DNA of 64,000 nucleotides, taken from positions 1-64,000 of the forward strand of contig CAWCIZ010000006.1 of NCBI GenBank assembly GCA_963795855.1. Reading direction: 5' to 3'. Below, one piece after another: positions 1 to 8,574 of this stretch. The notes under the pieces are model-generated. The model was not told the DNA's origin. It saw only the letters and a program-made list of their open reading frames with translations, and made no database searches. Position numbers and translations under genes: made by a program. The DNA is from Vulcanimicrobiota bacterium. Its GTDB lineage: Bacteria > Vulcanimicrobiota > Vulcanimicrobiia > Vulcanimicrobiales > Vulcanimicrobiaceae. Every line of letters starts with the position of its first letter. Position 1 is the stretch's first letter.

Positions 1-522
1 TGTCGGCGCCGAGGGGCGACGCACGCTCGCGCGGGAGCGATCGTCCTGCATCCCGGTGCGGCCAGCGAATCCCGCCGTTGGCCCGCCGATCGATGGGTCG
101 ATCTGTGCCGGCGCCTGCTCGACGAGGGCCATCGCATCGTGATGACCGGATCTGCGCGCGAATTCCGGCGTTGCCGCTTTATTGCAAAGGCGGCGCATCT
201 GCCGATCGAGGCGGTACTCGCCGGTCAAACCGATCTCGAAGACCTCGCTTGCATCATCGCTTCGGCGCGAGCGATCGTATGCGGGGACACGGGAATCGCG
301 CACGTCGCAACCGCCTTACGCACGCCGTCCGTCGTCTTATTCGGACCGACGTCGCCGCGGTATTCGGGATCTCCGGTCAATCGTCCGTTTCATCGAGTTC
401 TTTGGCGCGGAATTCTCGGCGATCCGCACGCTCCGTACGTCGATCCGGGGCTCGCGTCGATCACAGTCGAGGAAGTGCTCGCAGCGTTGCGCGAGTTGTT
501 GCACCTCGCGCGCGCCGGGTAA
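1..522 (+). CDS. Glycosyltransferase family 9 (heptosyltransferase-like), 5'-truncated by the window edge
   Basis: Frame 1 is open from base 1 and reads IVLHPGAASESRRWPADRW...IVCGDTGIAHVATALRTPSVVLFGPT, typical GT9 motifs. Confidence 0.85.
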   Translation, partial: CRRRGATHARAGAIVLHPGAASESRRWPADRWVDLCRRLLDEGHRIVMTGSAREFRRCRFIAKAAHLPIEAVLAGQTDLEDLACIIASARAIVCGDTGIAHVATALRTPSVVLFGPTSPRYSGSPVNRPFHRVLWRGILGDPHAPYVDPGLASITVEEVLAALRELLHLARAG

Positions 523-531
523 ACTGCGTTC

Positions 532-803
532 ATGCCAGTACGTAAAACCGTCAAATCATCGAACCGCACTCGCGCGCAACGCGCCGGCAAATCGGATATG
601 GTGCTGCCCGGCCGCCGCGGCAAGTCGCAAGGTTCGCCGGCGATCGATGAAAACAACGAGGAAGTATTCGGCGTCTTGCTTTCGGAACGGCGCCGCATGG
701 GTGAAGCGATTCCAAGCGTTCCCGAGTCGAAAACGAAAACGACGCAAAGCGCGCAACCCAAAAAAGCGCCGAAGACCGCGTCACGAAGCGGCGGCGCGCA
801 TGA
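532..803 (+). CDS. Small basic hypothetical protein (3' end uncertain, possible frameshift)
   Basis: ATG at 532 follows GGGTAAACT. The N-terminal ~80 aa look protein-like (MPVRKTVKSS...EEVFGVLLSERRRMG). The raw ORF runs on to 1221 across the next gene; an ATGA at 800-803 suggests the true end. Confidence 0.4.
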
Positions 804-970
804 GCACGTTTGGCGTCGAACGCTTCGAGGGCGCCGGCGGAAGTATTGCGATCAAACTCCACGGCGGCGATGCCAATCGACTACTGCTCGCTTTGGAACG
901 ACTCGATCAGCAAGGCGGTCTCGACCCGCCCTCGCGCAACTGCGTGAATCACTACGTGCTGGGCTCGTAA
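800..970 (+). CDS. Small hypothetical protein
   Basis: MSTFGVERFEGAGGSIAIKLHGGDANRLLLALERLD... with typical codon usage; end uncertain. Confidence 0.35.
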   Translation: MSTFGVERFEGAGGSIAIKLHGGDANRLLLALERLDQQGGLDPPSRNCVNHYVLGS

Positions 971-1020
971 CGAAATCCTCCGGCGACACGGACAGCGCGC
1001 CGAGCAGCGGCGATAGCAGG

Positions 1021-1046
1021 GTTTTTCCCGCTCGCACTGCGGGTAA
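1021..1046 (+). promoter_or_regulatory. SigB/SigF-like promoter GTTT-N16-GGGTAA
   Basis: GTTT 1021-1024 and GGGTAA 1041-1046, upstream of RBS AAGGAGGT and the GTG at 1077. Confidence 0.6.
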
Positions 1047-1076
1047 CCGTGAGTGCAGAGATAAGGAGGTCACGAA

Positions 1077-1880
1077 GTGGCAACAGCACAGCGCACAACC
1101 GATCACAACGAGATTCGGCGCTGGGTCGAAAGCCGCGGCGGCCGTCCGGCAGTTATTGAGGGAACCGGCGGCGTCTTGCGCATCGACTTCGGCGAACCCG
1201 ACGCGAGCTTGGAACAAGTAGCGTGGGATCGATTCTTCGATATTTTCGATCGCAGCAACGTCGCGTTCTTGTACGATCCGGAAGGCCACATGGTCAAGTT
1301 CGTCCAGGACTCGCAGGCGGCGGCCTCGCGCAACGGCAGACGCAAAAAGACCAGCAACGGTCGCAAAAAGAGCAGCAACGGTCGCAAAAAGAGCACCGGC
1401 GCTCGCAAGAAGAGCACCAGCGGCCGTAAGAAGAGCACCGGCGGCCGTAAGAAGAGCACCGGCGGTCGCAAGAAGAGCACCGGCGGTCGTAAGAAGAGCA
1501 CCGGCGGTCGCAAGAAGAGCACCGGCGGTCGCAAGAAGAGCAGCAACGGTCGCAAAAAGAGCACCGGTGGTCGCAAGAAGAGCACCGGCGGTCGCAAGAA
1601 GAGCACCGGCGGCCGTAAGAAGAGCACCGGCGGCCGTAAGAAGAGCACCGGCGGCCGCAAGTACGGGAAGAAAGCCGGACGTAAAGTCGAGCGCGCAATG
1701 CACGAGATGAAAAGCGGCGAGCCCAAGTCGGGCCGAAGCGGAAAGAAAGTGAAGAGCCGCAAACAAGCGATCGCGATCGGGCTTTCCGAGGCGCGTCGCA
1801 GCGGCGGAAAAGTACCGCCGAACCCCAACCGGCGAAAGTCTTCGCGGCGCAAACGCAGCTCAGAAAAAGCCCGATCGTGA
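1077..1880 (+). CDS. Histone-like basic protein: conserved N-terminal domain (TTDHNEIRRW..LRIDF..WDRFF), 15 RKKSTGG-type repeats, C-terminal DUF6496
   Basis: Strong RBS and GTG start. The C-terminal KVERAMHEMKSG..SGRSGKKVKSRKQAIAIGLSEARRSG matches DUF6496 from recall. Confidence 0.85.
   Translation: MATAQRTTDHNEIRRWVESRGGRPAVIEGTGGVLRIDFGEPDASLEQVAWDRFFDIFDRSNVAFLYDPEGHMVKFVQDSQAAASRNGRRKKTSNGRKKSSNGRKKSTGARKKSTSGRKKSTGGRKKSTGGRKKSTGGRKKSTGGRKKSTGGRKKSSNGRKKSTGGRKKSTGGRKKSTGGRKKSTGGRKKSTGGRKYGKKAGRKVERAMHEMKSGEPKSGRSGKKVKSRKQAIAIGLSEARRSGGKVPPNPNRRKSSRRKRSSEKARS
1341..1655 (+). repeat. 21-bp tandem repeat x15 (consensus cgcaagaagagcaccggcggt, RKKSTGG)
   Basis: Counted directly: RKKTSNG, RKKSSNG, RKKSTGA, RKKSTSG, 5x RKKSTGG, RKKSSNG, 5x RKKSTGG, with synonymous variation between units. 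Confidence 0.95.
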
Positions 1881-1895
1881 ATCGGGCTTTCTCTT
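1866..1895. terminator. Bidirectional intrinsic terminator
   Basis: AAAGCCCGAT-cgtga-ATCGGGCTTT flanked by A and T runs between convergent genes. Confidence 0.8.
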
Positions 1896-2344
1896 TACAC
1901 CGGAACGGTTGCCTGAGCGGCCGCCTCCTCCAGTTTCGTGCCTATTTCTTCCAACTCGGGTTTGTCGAAGAGATGATGCGCGATCTTGAACATCGTGCTT
2001 TCTTCTTCGTCCACGTGATGCTGGACCAGGTCGCGCAGAACGACGAGCTTGGCACGATACTGCTCGGTTCCGGGGTCGAGTTTTTCCAAACTCTCGATGG
2101 TGATCTTGACGAGTCCGTGCTCTTCATACGCTTCGGCGACCTCGAGACGTTGATCGCCGTTTTCCGCGCGCCGCCGTATTTCCGGATAGAAAATTTCTTC
2201 TTCGATTATCGCGTGCAGCCGAAGGTCGCGATCGATCTGTTTGAACAGATTCATGCGCTCGGTTGGTTCTTTTGCCTCCAACACTTTTTTGAAGAGCGCT
2301 TCAACCTCACGGTGCTGCTTCTTGAGCAGATTGAGTGCGTCCAC
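1895..2344 (-). CDS. Hemerythrin/HHE cation-binding domain protein
   Basis: QHREVEALF, LHAIIEEEIFYP, EEHGLVK, HHVDEEESTMF; GGAGGT RBS. Confidence 0.9.
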   Translation of the reverse strand: MDALNLLKKQHREVEALFKKVLEAKEPTERMNLFKQIDRDLRLHAIIEEEIFYPEIRRRAENGDQRLEVAEAYEEHGLVKITIESLEKLDPGTEQYRAKLVVLRDLVQHHVDEEESTMFKIAHHLFDKPELEEIGTKLEEAAAQATVPV

Positions 2345-2358
2345 GGTAGTACCTCCGA

Positions 2359-2392
2359 ATTTTGCATCTACCCACTGTGGGTAATGAGCAAC
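2359..2392. promoter_or_regulatory. Overlapping divergent SigB-like promoters
   Basis: Palindrome TACCCAC-T-GTGGGTA gives GTTG-N15-GGGTAG on the minus strand and ATTT-N16-GGGTAA on the plus strand. Confidence 0.5.
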
Positions 2393-2423
2393 AACGAAAG
2401 TCAGCGGTTACGAGAGGGAACGT

Positions 2424-2795
2424 ATGAACGAAGCAGGCGGCGTGCGGCGGGTCAGGGCGAACGAACTCGACAGCGCGACGATGCCGATAGTCGACGCGCG
2501 CAGACATCCAGGCAAGGAACAGATCCGCGGTGCGTTGCGCTACGACGAAAAGGCACTGCTCGACGAAGAGCGCCTGACGTTGCCGCTTCCCCACGACGGC
2601 ACTATCGTCGTGTATGCCGATTCCGAGGACGAGGCGCAGCAAGTCGCCGCGCGCCTGCGCGAGCAAGGCTATACGCAAGCCGCGGTTCTCGAGGGCGGTT
2701 TCGATTCGTATCGTCAGGCGGGCTTGCCGACCGAAGAAATTACGCAAGAGCAGCCGGTGCCCGGCCACGAGGGAACGGGCATTCCGCGCGGATAG
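2424..2795 (+). CDS. Rhodanese-like domain protein (no catalytic Cys)
   Basis: IVDARR..IRGA..IVVYADSEDEA..AAVLEGGFDSYRQAGLP; the usual VVYC position is Ala. Confidence 0.8.
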   Translation: MNEAGGVRRVRANELDSATMPIVDARRHPGKEQIRGALRYDEKALLDEERLTLPLPHDGTIVVYADSEDEAQQVAARLREQGYTQAAVLEGGFDSYRQAGLPTEEITQEQPVPGHEGTGIPRG

Positions 2796-2801
2796 CGCCG
2801 C

Positions 2802-3311
2802 ATGCACGACATCGATCCCGAACTACAAAAGGACGGTACGCTCCGCGTCGTCGTGGAAACGCCGCGCGGCAGCCGCCACAAGTACGCCTGGAACGAAGAA
2901 CTCCGCGCGTTCGAGCATAAGGCAACGCTGGGAAGCGGCCTCGTTTGGCCGTACGATTACGGCTTCATTCCGCGAACGAAGGGCGGTGACGGCGATCCGC
3001 TCGATGTTCTCGTGCTAATGGACGAGCCGGCGTTTCCGGGCTGCGTCGTGCACGTGCGCATCATCGGCGCATTCGCGGTCGAAAAGAACGGCACGACGAA
3101 CGACCGTTACGTCGCCTGCCTGCTGCCGAGCCGCGAAATATCGCTAAGCACCGACGGGTACGAAACGCTGAGCGACTTACCGAAGGCGCTGCTCGCTCAG
3201 TTGGAACATTTCTTGACGGCCTACTCGGTTCAACGTGGAAACGACGTGCGCGTTCGCGGACGCATGCAAGCGAAAAGCGCCTTTGCGCGGATTAAAAAGT
3301 CAGTCGCTTAA
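2802..3311 (+). CDS. ppa: Inorganic pyrophosphatase, family I
   Basis: VETPRGSRHKY, YDYGFIPRTKGGDGDPLDVLV signature. Confidence 0.9.
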   Translation: MHDIDPELQKDGTLRVVVETPRGSRHKYAWNEELRAFEHKATLGSGLVWPYDYGFIPRTKGGDGDPLDVLVLMDEPAFPGCVVHVRIIGAFAVEKNGTTNDRYVACLLPSREISLSTDGYETLSDLPKALLAQLEHFLTAYSVQRGNDVRVRGRMQAKSAFARIKKSVA

Positions 3312-3818
3312 CCGCGGCGGCGAGATCTGCAAAAGTCCGAGGACATGCGAGAGGCGCGTTGCATAGCTTTCTTGGCCGCTGCGTAGCAACTCGTCGCGCA
3401 TTTGGCGCAGTTCGTCGACGGCGCGGCTTACGTTCGGCCGGTTCATCTCCCGGAACACTTCACGAGCTCGGTTGAAGCGCGTTTCGTCGTCGTCTTGCGG
3501 TATGCGGCGTTCGAACGACGGCAGTTCCTCGGAATGCCCCAAGACGATGTCTCCGACGATCTCGATGATGGCGTCCGCATGCACGCGCGCGTTCGTGGCC
3601 GCGAGATCCACGTAGCGGTCCTCGCGGTCGCGGGCCGAAATGGCAACCAGGTTGGCCTCGACGCACAATTCCAGGAGCCCACCGACCAGGGGAACGGCAT
3701 CTGAAGCGGCTTCCAAATACGCTTCGTAGACTTCATCCTCGTCCTCGTCCGTCGCGTCCAGATAATCGTTCCAAGCGCGGCGCGCATCCAGAACCGCGCG
3801 GTAGACGTCTTCAGCCAT
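3300..3818 (-). CDS. Hypothetical acidic helical protein
   Basis: ORF from MAEDVYRAVLDARRAW with typical codon usage. Confidence 0.65.
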   Translation of the reverse strand: MAEDVYRAVLDARRAWNDYLDATDEDEDEVYEAYLEAASDAVPLVGGLLELCVEANLVAISARDREDRYVDLAATNARVHADAIIEIVGDIVLGHSEELPSFERRIPQDDDETRFNRAREVFREMNRPNVSRAVDELRQMRDELLRSGQESYATRLSHVLGLLQISPPRLSD

Positions 3819-4071
3819 GCGCGGTTCTTCTACGGGCGGCTTCCGCACTACTCGCGAAGCCCCGAAGGAAGCAAACATGCGATGCCGCACGCACAACGGG
3901 GAGGTTATTGGGCGCGGCATCGCATTTAGGGTTTACGTTACGCGCAATCGTGCAAATCGATGCTCGCCTTTTTTGATCGATTTCCGCAGCTGCGCATCCT
4001 CATGATACCCGGTGCCGGCGCAATCAACCGGTATTGTTTGCAGATTGACTAATGTGAAAAGGCGGAACGTC

Positions 4072-4987
4072 CTAAGCGTTGCTCGCATGGCGCAGCAGAT
4101 AGCCGAGCAGCACGTCGCCGCCGGAAACTAATGCTGTCGTGTGCTTGCTCAAACGCATGAAAGACTCGACGATCACTAGGCCGCCGAGTAAAATGTCCGC
4201 GCGCTGCGGATTCATGCCGTCCAACGCTCGCCGCTGGTCGAGCGAAGTCTTTGCTAAACGCGCGATCCAACCGCGGATATCTTCGCTCGACAGACTCCGC
4301 GTACGTGAACTGGTCGCGCCGTCCTCGCTTCAGCGATACGGTCGTCGTCGCGCTTCCGCCCACGAGCATGAGACGCTGAACAGGCGAAAGGTTCGCAGCA
4401 GGCTCAAGCGCTTGCCGTGCCGCCGCCGCCGCGTCCTTAATCACGTCGGGCGGTACATTCCCATCGCGCCCGGCCAACATGGGAAACGCTTCGGTCAAAC
4501 GCACGCCGCCGATCTCGCACGAAACGACGCGCTCAACGCATTCTTTCGTTCCGACCGCATATTCGGAACTGCCGCCGCCGACGTCGAGAACGCCGAATCC
4601 GGCGTGCTCCTCGTCCTCCACACCATTCAACGCGCCGGCAAAAGAACACGCCGCTTCTTCCTCACCGGAGATGATTTCTATCGAGCAGCCGGTCAGCGCT
4701 CGAACCCGCTCGGAGAAGTCGCGTTCGTTATCGGCGCGGCGAAGCGCGCTCGTCGCGATGACGCGAACGTCGGCGGTATGTTCGCGCAGTGCTGCCGCGT
4801 GCTCGCCAATCGCGTCGAGCGTGCGTTGCATCGCTGCTTCTTCCAAATGGCCGCGCTCGCGAAGTCCCTCACCGATCCGCGTGCCGATCGATCGCTGCAA
4901 CACGGCCACAGGCGGCCGTTGGCTCAAATCCGCAGCCAGCACGCGCGTGGAGTTCGTGCCGATCGAAATGAGTCCGCGAACGCTCAA
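4072..4987 (-). CDS. ppx: Ppx/GppA exopolyphosphatase family (apparent +1 frameshift ~4295)
   Basis: ISIGTNSTR, ATSALRRADN, ISGEEEA, LDVGGGSSE. After the shift it continues GMNPQRADILLGG..GGDVLLGYL to a TAG at 4072. Confidence 0.85.
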
Positions 4988-5346
4988 TGGTCGCCGGCGT
5001 GCCGGGATTCAAACAGCGCCGCTCGGCGCTTCTTCTGCAAGAAATGCCGCTCGTGAGCGGGCGGCAGTTCGGGGTTCTCCCACTCTTGCGTCGATTTCAG
5101 ATAGTTCGCGATCTGCGTTTCCAACTGTTCGTCGCGAAGTTGCGGCGCCAGTACCACCAACGGCCGGCGGCCCGACGACTGGATCAGAAAAACGAACGGT
5201 TTGCGCGATATGCTCGCGCGGTCGTAGTAACCCCGATGTTTTTCCACATCTGCCGCAGGCGCACTCGCAAGACGCCCGTCGTCGAGCCGCACGGTTGCGC
5301 CGTAGGCGTTGAGATTGATGACTATGCCGCGCTGCGTTTCCGTCAT
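4984..5346 (-). CDS. Divergent S1 RNA-binding domain protein (YabR-like)
   Basis: GIVINLNAYGATVRLDDG S1-like start and LETQIANYLKSTQE tail; divIC-yabR-ppx synteny. Confidence 0.65.
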   Translation of the reverse strand: MTETQRGIVINLNAYGATVRLDDGRLASAPAADVEKHRGYYDRASISRKPFVFLIQSSGRRPLVVLAPQLRDEQLETQIANYLKSTQEWENPELPPAHERHFLQKKRRAALFESRHAGDH

Positions 5347-5663
5347 TCCGTGGGCCGGCGCGCCGGCTTGACGTAAATGATCGCTTCATTGGGCCGCACC
5401 AGTCGCAGGCGGTCGTGAATTTCAGGAACTGCCCCCTGCGGATCGAGTAATCTGCGCAGCTCGCGTTCGTCGGCGCGCCGATGTTCTCGCAGGGTCGCGA
5501 CGTCTTGCTCGACGGACGAAAGCGAATGCGCCATCGCGATGTTCTCGTTCACGATGCGCGCGAATTGGATCGAGACGAGGGTGAAGACGACGACGGCGAC
5601 GGCACCGAAGACCAGGCGGCTGAAGAGACGGAGAATTCCGGCAGCTCCTCTGCGCCGTTTCAT
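5343..5663 (-). CDS. ftsB: Septum formation initiator FtsB/DivIC family
   Basis: TM helix, coiled coil and IHDRLRLVRPNEAII motif. Confidence 0.75.
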   Translation of the reverse strand: MKRRRGAAGILRLFSRLVFGAVAVVVFTLVSIQFARIVNENIAMAHSLSSVEQDVATLREHRRADERELRRLLDPQGAVPEIHDRLRLVRPNEAIIYVKPARRPTE

Positions 5664-6613
5664 TTTTGAGCGAGCGACCCCATTTGCCGGTACTTCAAAT
5701 ATCGTGCCTCGCGTAGACGGCCGGCGGAAAGAGCGGAAAGTTCATCCAGTGCCGACTCAACAGCTTTCAGCACGCGCGCGACGGTTCCCCCTGCATCGCG
5801 GTGCGCGCCGCCGAGCGGCTCCGGCACGATTTCGTCGACGATCCCGAACCCTTTGAGATCTTGAGCCGTCAATTTGAGATGCGCGGCCGCTTCGTCGGCT
5901 TTACCGGCGTCGCTCCACAAAATCGCCGCGCAGCCTTCCGGGCTCGCTACCGAGTAATAGCTGTGCTCGAGCATGATGATGCGATCGGCGATGGAAAGCG
6001 CGAGCGCGCCGCCGCTTCCGCCCTCGCCGATTACGGTCGCGACGATCGGTACGGGCGTGATGCTGAACTCGTACAGGCAAGCCGCGATCGCTTCCGATTG
6101 CGCGCGTTCTTCGGAACCCAGACCTGGATCGGCGCCCTTCGTGTCTACGAACGTCACGACCGGAACGCCCATGCGGCCGGCCAGTTTGGCCAAACGCTGG
6201 ACTTTGCGATACCCCTCGGGCGCGGGCATGCCGAAGTTCCGCTTCAAATTTTCTTTCGTATCCCGGCCGCGCTGCTCGCCGATGACCATGACCGCGCGCT
6301 CGCCCAGCTTGGCAAGCCCGCCCACAATGGCGTGATCGTCGCGGAAATGCCGATCGCCGTGCAGTTCATCGAAGCTCGTAAACTGCGAGATGTAATCGGC
6401 GGCAGTGGGGCGGTTGGGATGGCGCGCCATGTGCACTTTCTCCCAGGGCGTCATCGATCCGAAGATCTCGCGCTGAATTTCGCCGTACTTGTTTTCCAGC
6501 GCGCGGATTTCGGCGGACATGTCCACGGGCTGCTGCGCATTCGCCTGCCGCAGTTCTTCGATGCGCCGTTCGAGTTCGAGCAAACCCTTTTCGCGCTCCA
6601 CGATCAGATTCAC
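5660..6613 (-). CDS. accA: Acetyl-CoA carboxylase carboxyltransferase alpha subunit
   Basis: ARHPNRP, ELHGDR, NFGMPAPEGYRK, IGEGGSGGALA; GTGA overlap with accD. Confidence 0.95.
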   Translation of the reverse strand: MNLIVEREKGLLELERRIEELRQANAQQPVDMSAEIRALENKYGEIQREIFGSMTPWEKVHMARHPNRPTAADYISQFTSFDELHGDRHFRDDHAIVGGLAKLGERAVMVIGEQRGRDTKENLKRNFGMPAPEGYRKVQRLAKLAGRMGVPVVTFVDTKGADPGLGSEERAQSEAIAACLYEFSITPVPIVATVIGEGGSGGALALSIADRIIMLEHSYYSVASPEGCAAILWSDAGKADEAAAHLKLTAQDLKGFGIVDEIVPEPLGGAHRDAGGTVARVLKAVESALDELSALSAGRLREARYLKYRQMGSLAQK

Positions 6614-7488
6614 GCCGTCGTCGCTCCGCCGACGGCATCCTGTGTCGCGCGCCGCCCGCGAGCGGCGTAATCCAGGAGTCGCGTGAGCGTCGCTTTCATC
6701 TCGTGGCGATCGATCACCATGTCGATGTGGCCCTTCTCCAATAAAAACTCCGCCGTTTGGAATTGTTCCGGAAGTTTTTGGCGGATCGTCTGCTCGATGA
6801 CGCGGCGGCCGGCGAAACCGATCATCGCTTTCGGTTCCGCAACGATCACGTCGGCTTGAAAAGCGAAGGATGCCGAAACGCCGCCCGTCGTCGGATCGGT
6901 GAGAACCGTGATGAACAAATTTCCGTCTTCCATGAAGCGCGCGACCGCGGCGGTCGTCTTTGCCATCTGCATCAGCGCGAGCATTCCCTCTTCCATGCGC
7001 GCACCGCCGCTTGCCGTAAAGATGACGCACGGCAGTTTGCGTTCGAGCGCCCCTTCGAGCAGCATCGTGATGCGCTCGCCGACGACGGTTCCCATCGTGC
7101 CGCCGCGAAAATGAAAATCCATGACGGCAAGCGCGACGTCGAAGCCGTTGATCTTACCGAAGCCGCAAACGACGCCTTCGCTCAATTGCGACTTCTCGCG
7201 GTCGGCGGCTAGTTTGGCTTGATAGCTCTTCTTATCCGTCCAGTTCAGCGGATCGCCCGGAAGTATGTCGTTGCCGATTTCCGTAAAGTCGCTGTCGACG
7301 AGCAAACTGATGCGATCGAACGCCGTCATCCGAAAATGATGATCGCACTTCGTGCAGACCCACGAGTTCGATACGAGATCGCGGCGGTACAGCACTTCCG
7401 AACATTTCGGGCACTTCGTCCACAGTGCGGCTTCTTCGGCCTCTTCCGGTTTATTGCGGCGATGACGCAGCCAGTCGGGCATCGGCAT
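6610..7488 (-). CDS. accD: Acetyl-CoA carboxylase carboxyltransferase beta subunit
   Basis: WTKCPKC..CTKC zinc finger, SGGARMEEG, PTTGGVSASFA, FQTAEFLLEKG. Confidence 0.95.
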   Translation of the reverse strand: MPMPDWLRHRRNKPEEAEEAALWTKCPKCSEVLYRRDLVSNSWVCTKCDHHFRMTAFDRISLLVDSDFTEIGNDILPGDPLNWTDKKSYQAKLAADREKSQLSEGVVCGFGKINGFDVALAVMDFHFRGGTMGTVVGERITMLLEGALERKLPCVIFTASGGARMEEGMLALMQMAKTTAAVARFMEDGNLFITVLTDPTTGGVSASFAFQADVIVAEPKAMIGFAGRRVIEQTIRQKLPEQFQTAEFLLEKGHIDMVIDRHEMKATLTRLLDYAARGRRATQDAVGGATTA

Positions 7489-8216
7489 TAGGCTTTGCTC
7501 TGCGCCTTTTGCGCCTTCGGGAACATGCGCGCCGCGTAGAGTTTTCGCAACTGCTTGAGGTAGTTCACGATCTCTTTCTGGTTCATCTTCGACTGGCCGA
7601 CTACGCGATCGGTGAACACGTACGGCACCTCGACGGCTTTCCCGTAATGCGCCTTCGCGATCACTTCCAGACCGATCTTGAAACCGATGGGATCCAGATC
7701 GACGCCTTCGAGCGCCTCGCGCCGCACCAAAAAGTAACCGCTGGTGATGTCCTTGATGTGCGTGAGCGGCTGCGCCAGCATGCACGCGACTCTCGAGGTA
7801 ACGATGCGCTTCGCGGGCCAGTTCGTGATGCCGCCGCCGGCGACGTAACGGCTTCCGACGGCAAGTCCGTAACCGCTCTCGAGCGCCTGCACCATCTTCG
7901 GAAAAATCTGGATGTCGTGGCTGAAGTCGGCGTCCATCGCGCCGAGCGCTTGCGAATCGGGCCGCGCGAATTTCCAGCCGTCGATGACGCCGCTGGAAAG
8001 CCCGAGTTTGCCCGGACGATGCAGGCAGCGCACCGGCAATTCCGCGGCGAGCCGGTCCACGATCGCGCCCGTACCGTCGGGAGAATTATCGTCCACGACG
8101 ATCGCTTCGCCATCCAATTGGTGCTGCACGAACACGTCGTTCAGCGCGCGGAGCAGGCGTTCAATGCCGCCGGCTTCGTTGTATGTCGGGATGACGATGG
8201 AAAACTTCAGAGCCAT
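7488..8216 (-). CDS. Polyprenol monophosphomannose synthase-like GT2
   Basis: SIVIPTYNE, VDDNSPDGTG, MDADFSHD, GSRYVAGG, FTDRVVGQSKM. Confidence 0.9.
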   Translation of the reverse strand: MALKFSIVIPTYNEAGGIERLLRALNDVFVQHQLDGEAIVVDDNSPDGTGAIVDRLAAELPVRCLHRPGKLGLSSGVIDGWKFARPDSQALGAMDADFSHDIQIFPKMVQALESGYGLAVGSRYVAGGGITNWPAKRIVTSRVACMLAQPLTHIKDITSGYFLVRREALEGVDLDPIGFKIGLEVIAKAHYGKAVEVPYVFTDRVVGQSKMNQKEIVNYLKQLRKLYAARMFPKAQKAQSKA

Positions 8217-8265
8217 GACGATCCCCGGATATACGACATGCGCCCTGACGGTTCCGCGTTGGTGA

Positions 8266-8544
8266 TTACAGGCGGTGCAGTGCCGGGTTTGACGCCGGAT
8301 CGAAGGCGGGCTGATCCTCGTATGCAAGCACCGACTGACGCAGGGTGATGCCGTCGTCGCCGACGTGCATCACTTCGTCCGCGGGAACCAGCGCTTCTTC
8401 TTCGCGACCGCTCCAGTAGACCAGCAAAAACTCAGCCGACTGGGCGTCTCCGGAACCGTACACGGCGCGAATTTCCCCGACGGAGGCGCCGGCATCGTCA
8501 CGAACGGGCGTTCCGGGCTGCAATTCTTCCAGCAACCTAGGCAT
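8266..8544 (-). CDS. Small PRC-barrel-like hypothetical protein
   Basis: GTPVRDDAGASVGEIRAV..LVPADEVMHVGDDGITL; GGGTAT 10 nt upstream. Confidence 0.65.
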   Translation of the reverse strand: MPRLLEELQPGTPVRDDAGASVGEIRAVYGSGDAQSAEFLLVYWSGREEEALVPADEVMHVGDDGITLRQSVLAYEDQPAFDPASNPALHRL

Positions 8545-8574
8545 CGGTGCCGTTATACCCGCACGCCGCCGCTT

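Noticed and set aside
1341..1655. 21-bp tandem array as a CRISPR array
   Set aside because: The units are contiguous with no unique spacers, are in frame within a CDS, and there are no cas genes.
852..1852. Antisense ORFs with LLATAGA and LFLRPPV repeats
   Set aside because: Shadows of the stop-free RKKSTGG repeat; the plus-strand gene has the RBS and recognisable domains.
3878..4052. Small ORF or ncRNA between the hypothetical gene and ppx
   Set aside because: Only short ambiguous ORFs and no recognisable motif; a GGGTAT at 4005-4010 (minus strand) has no clear target.
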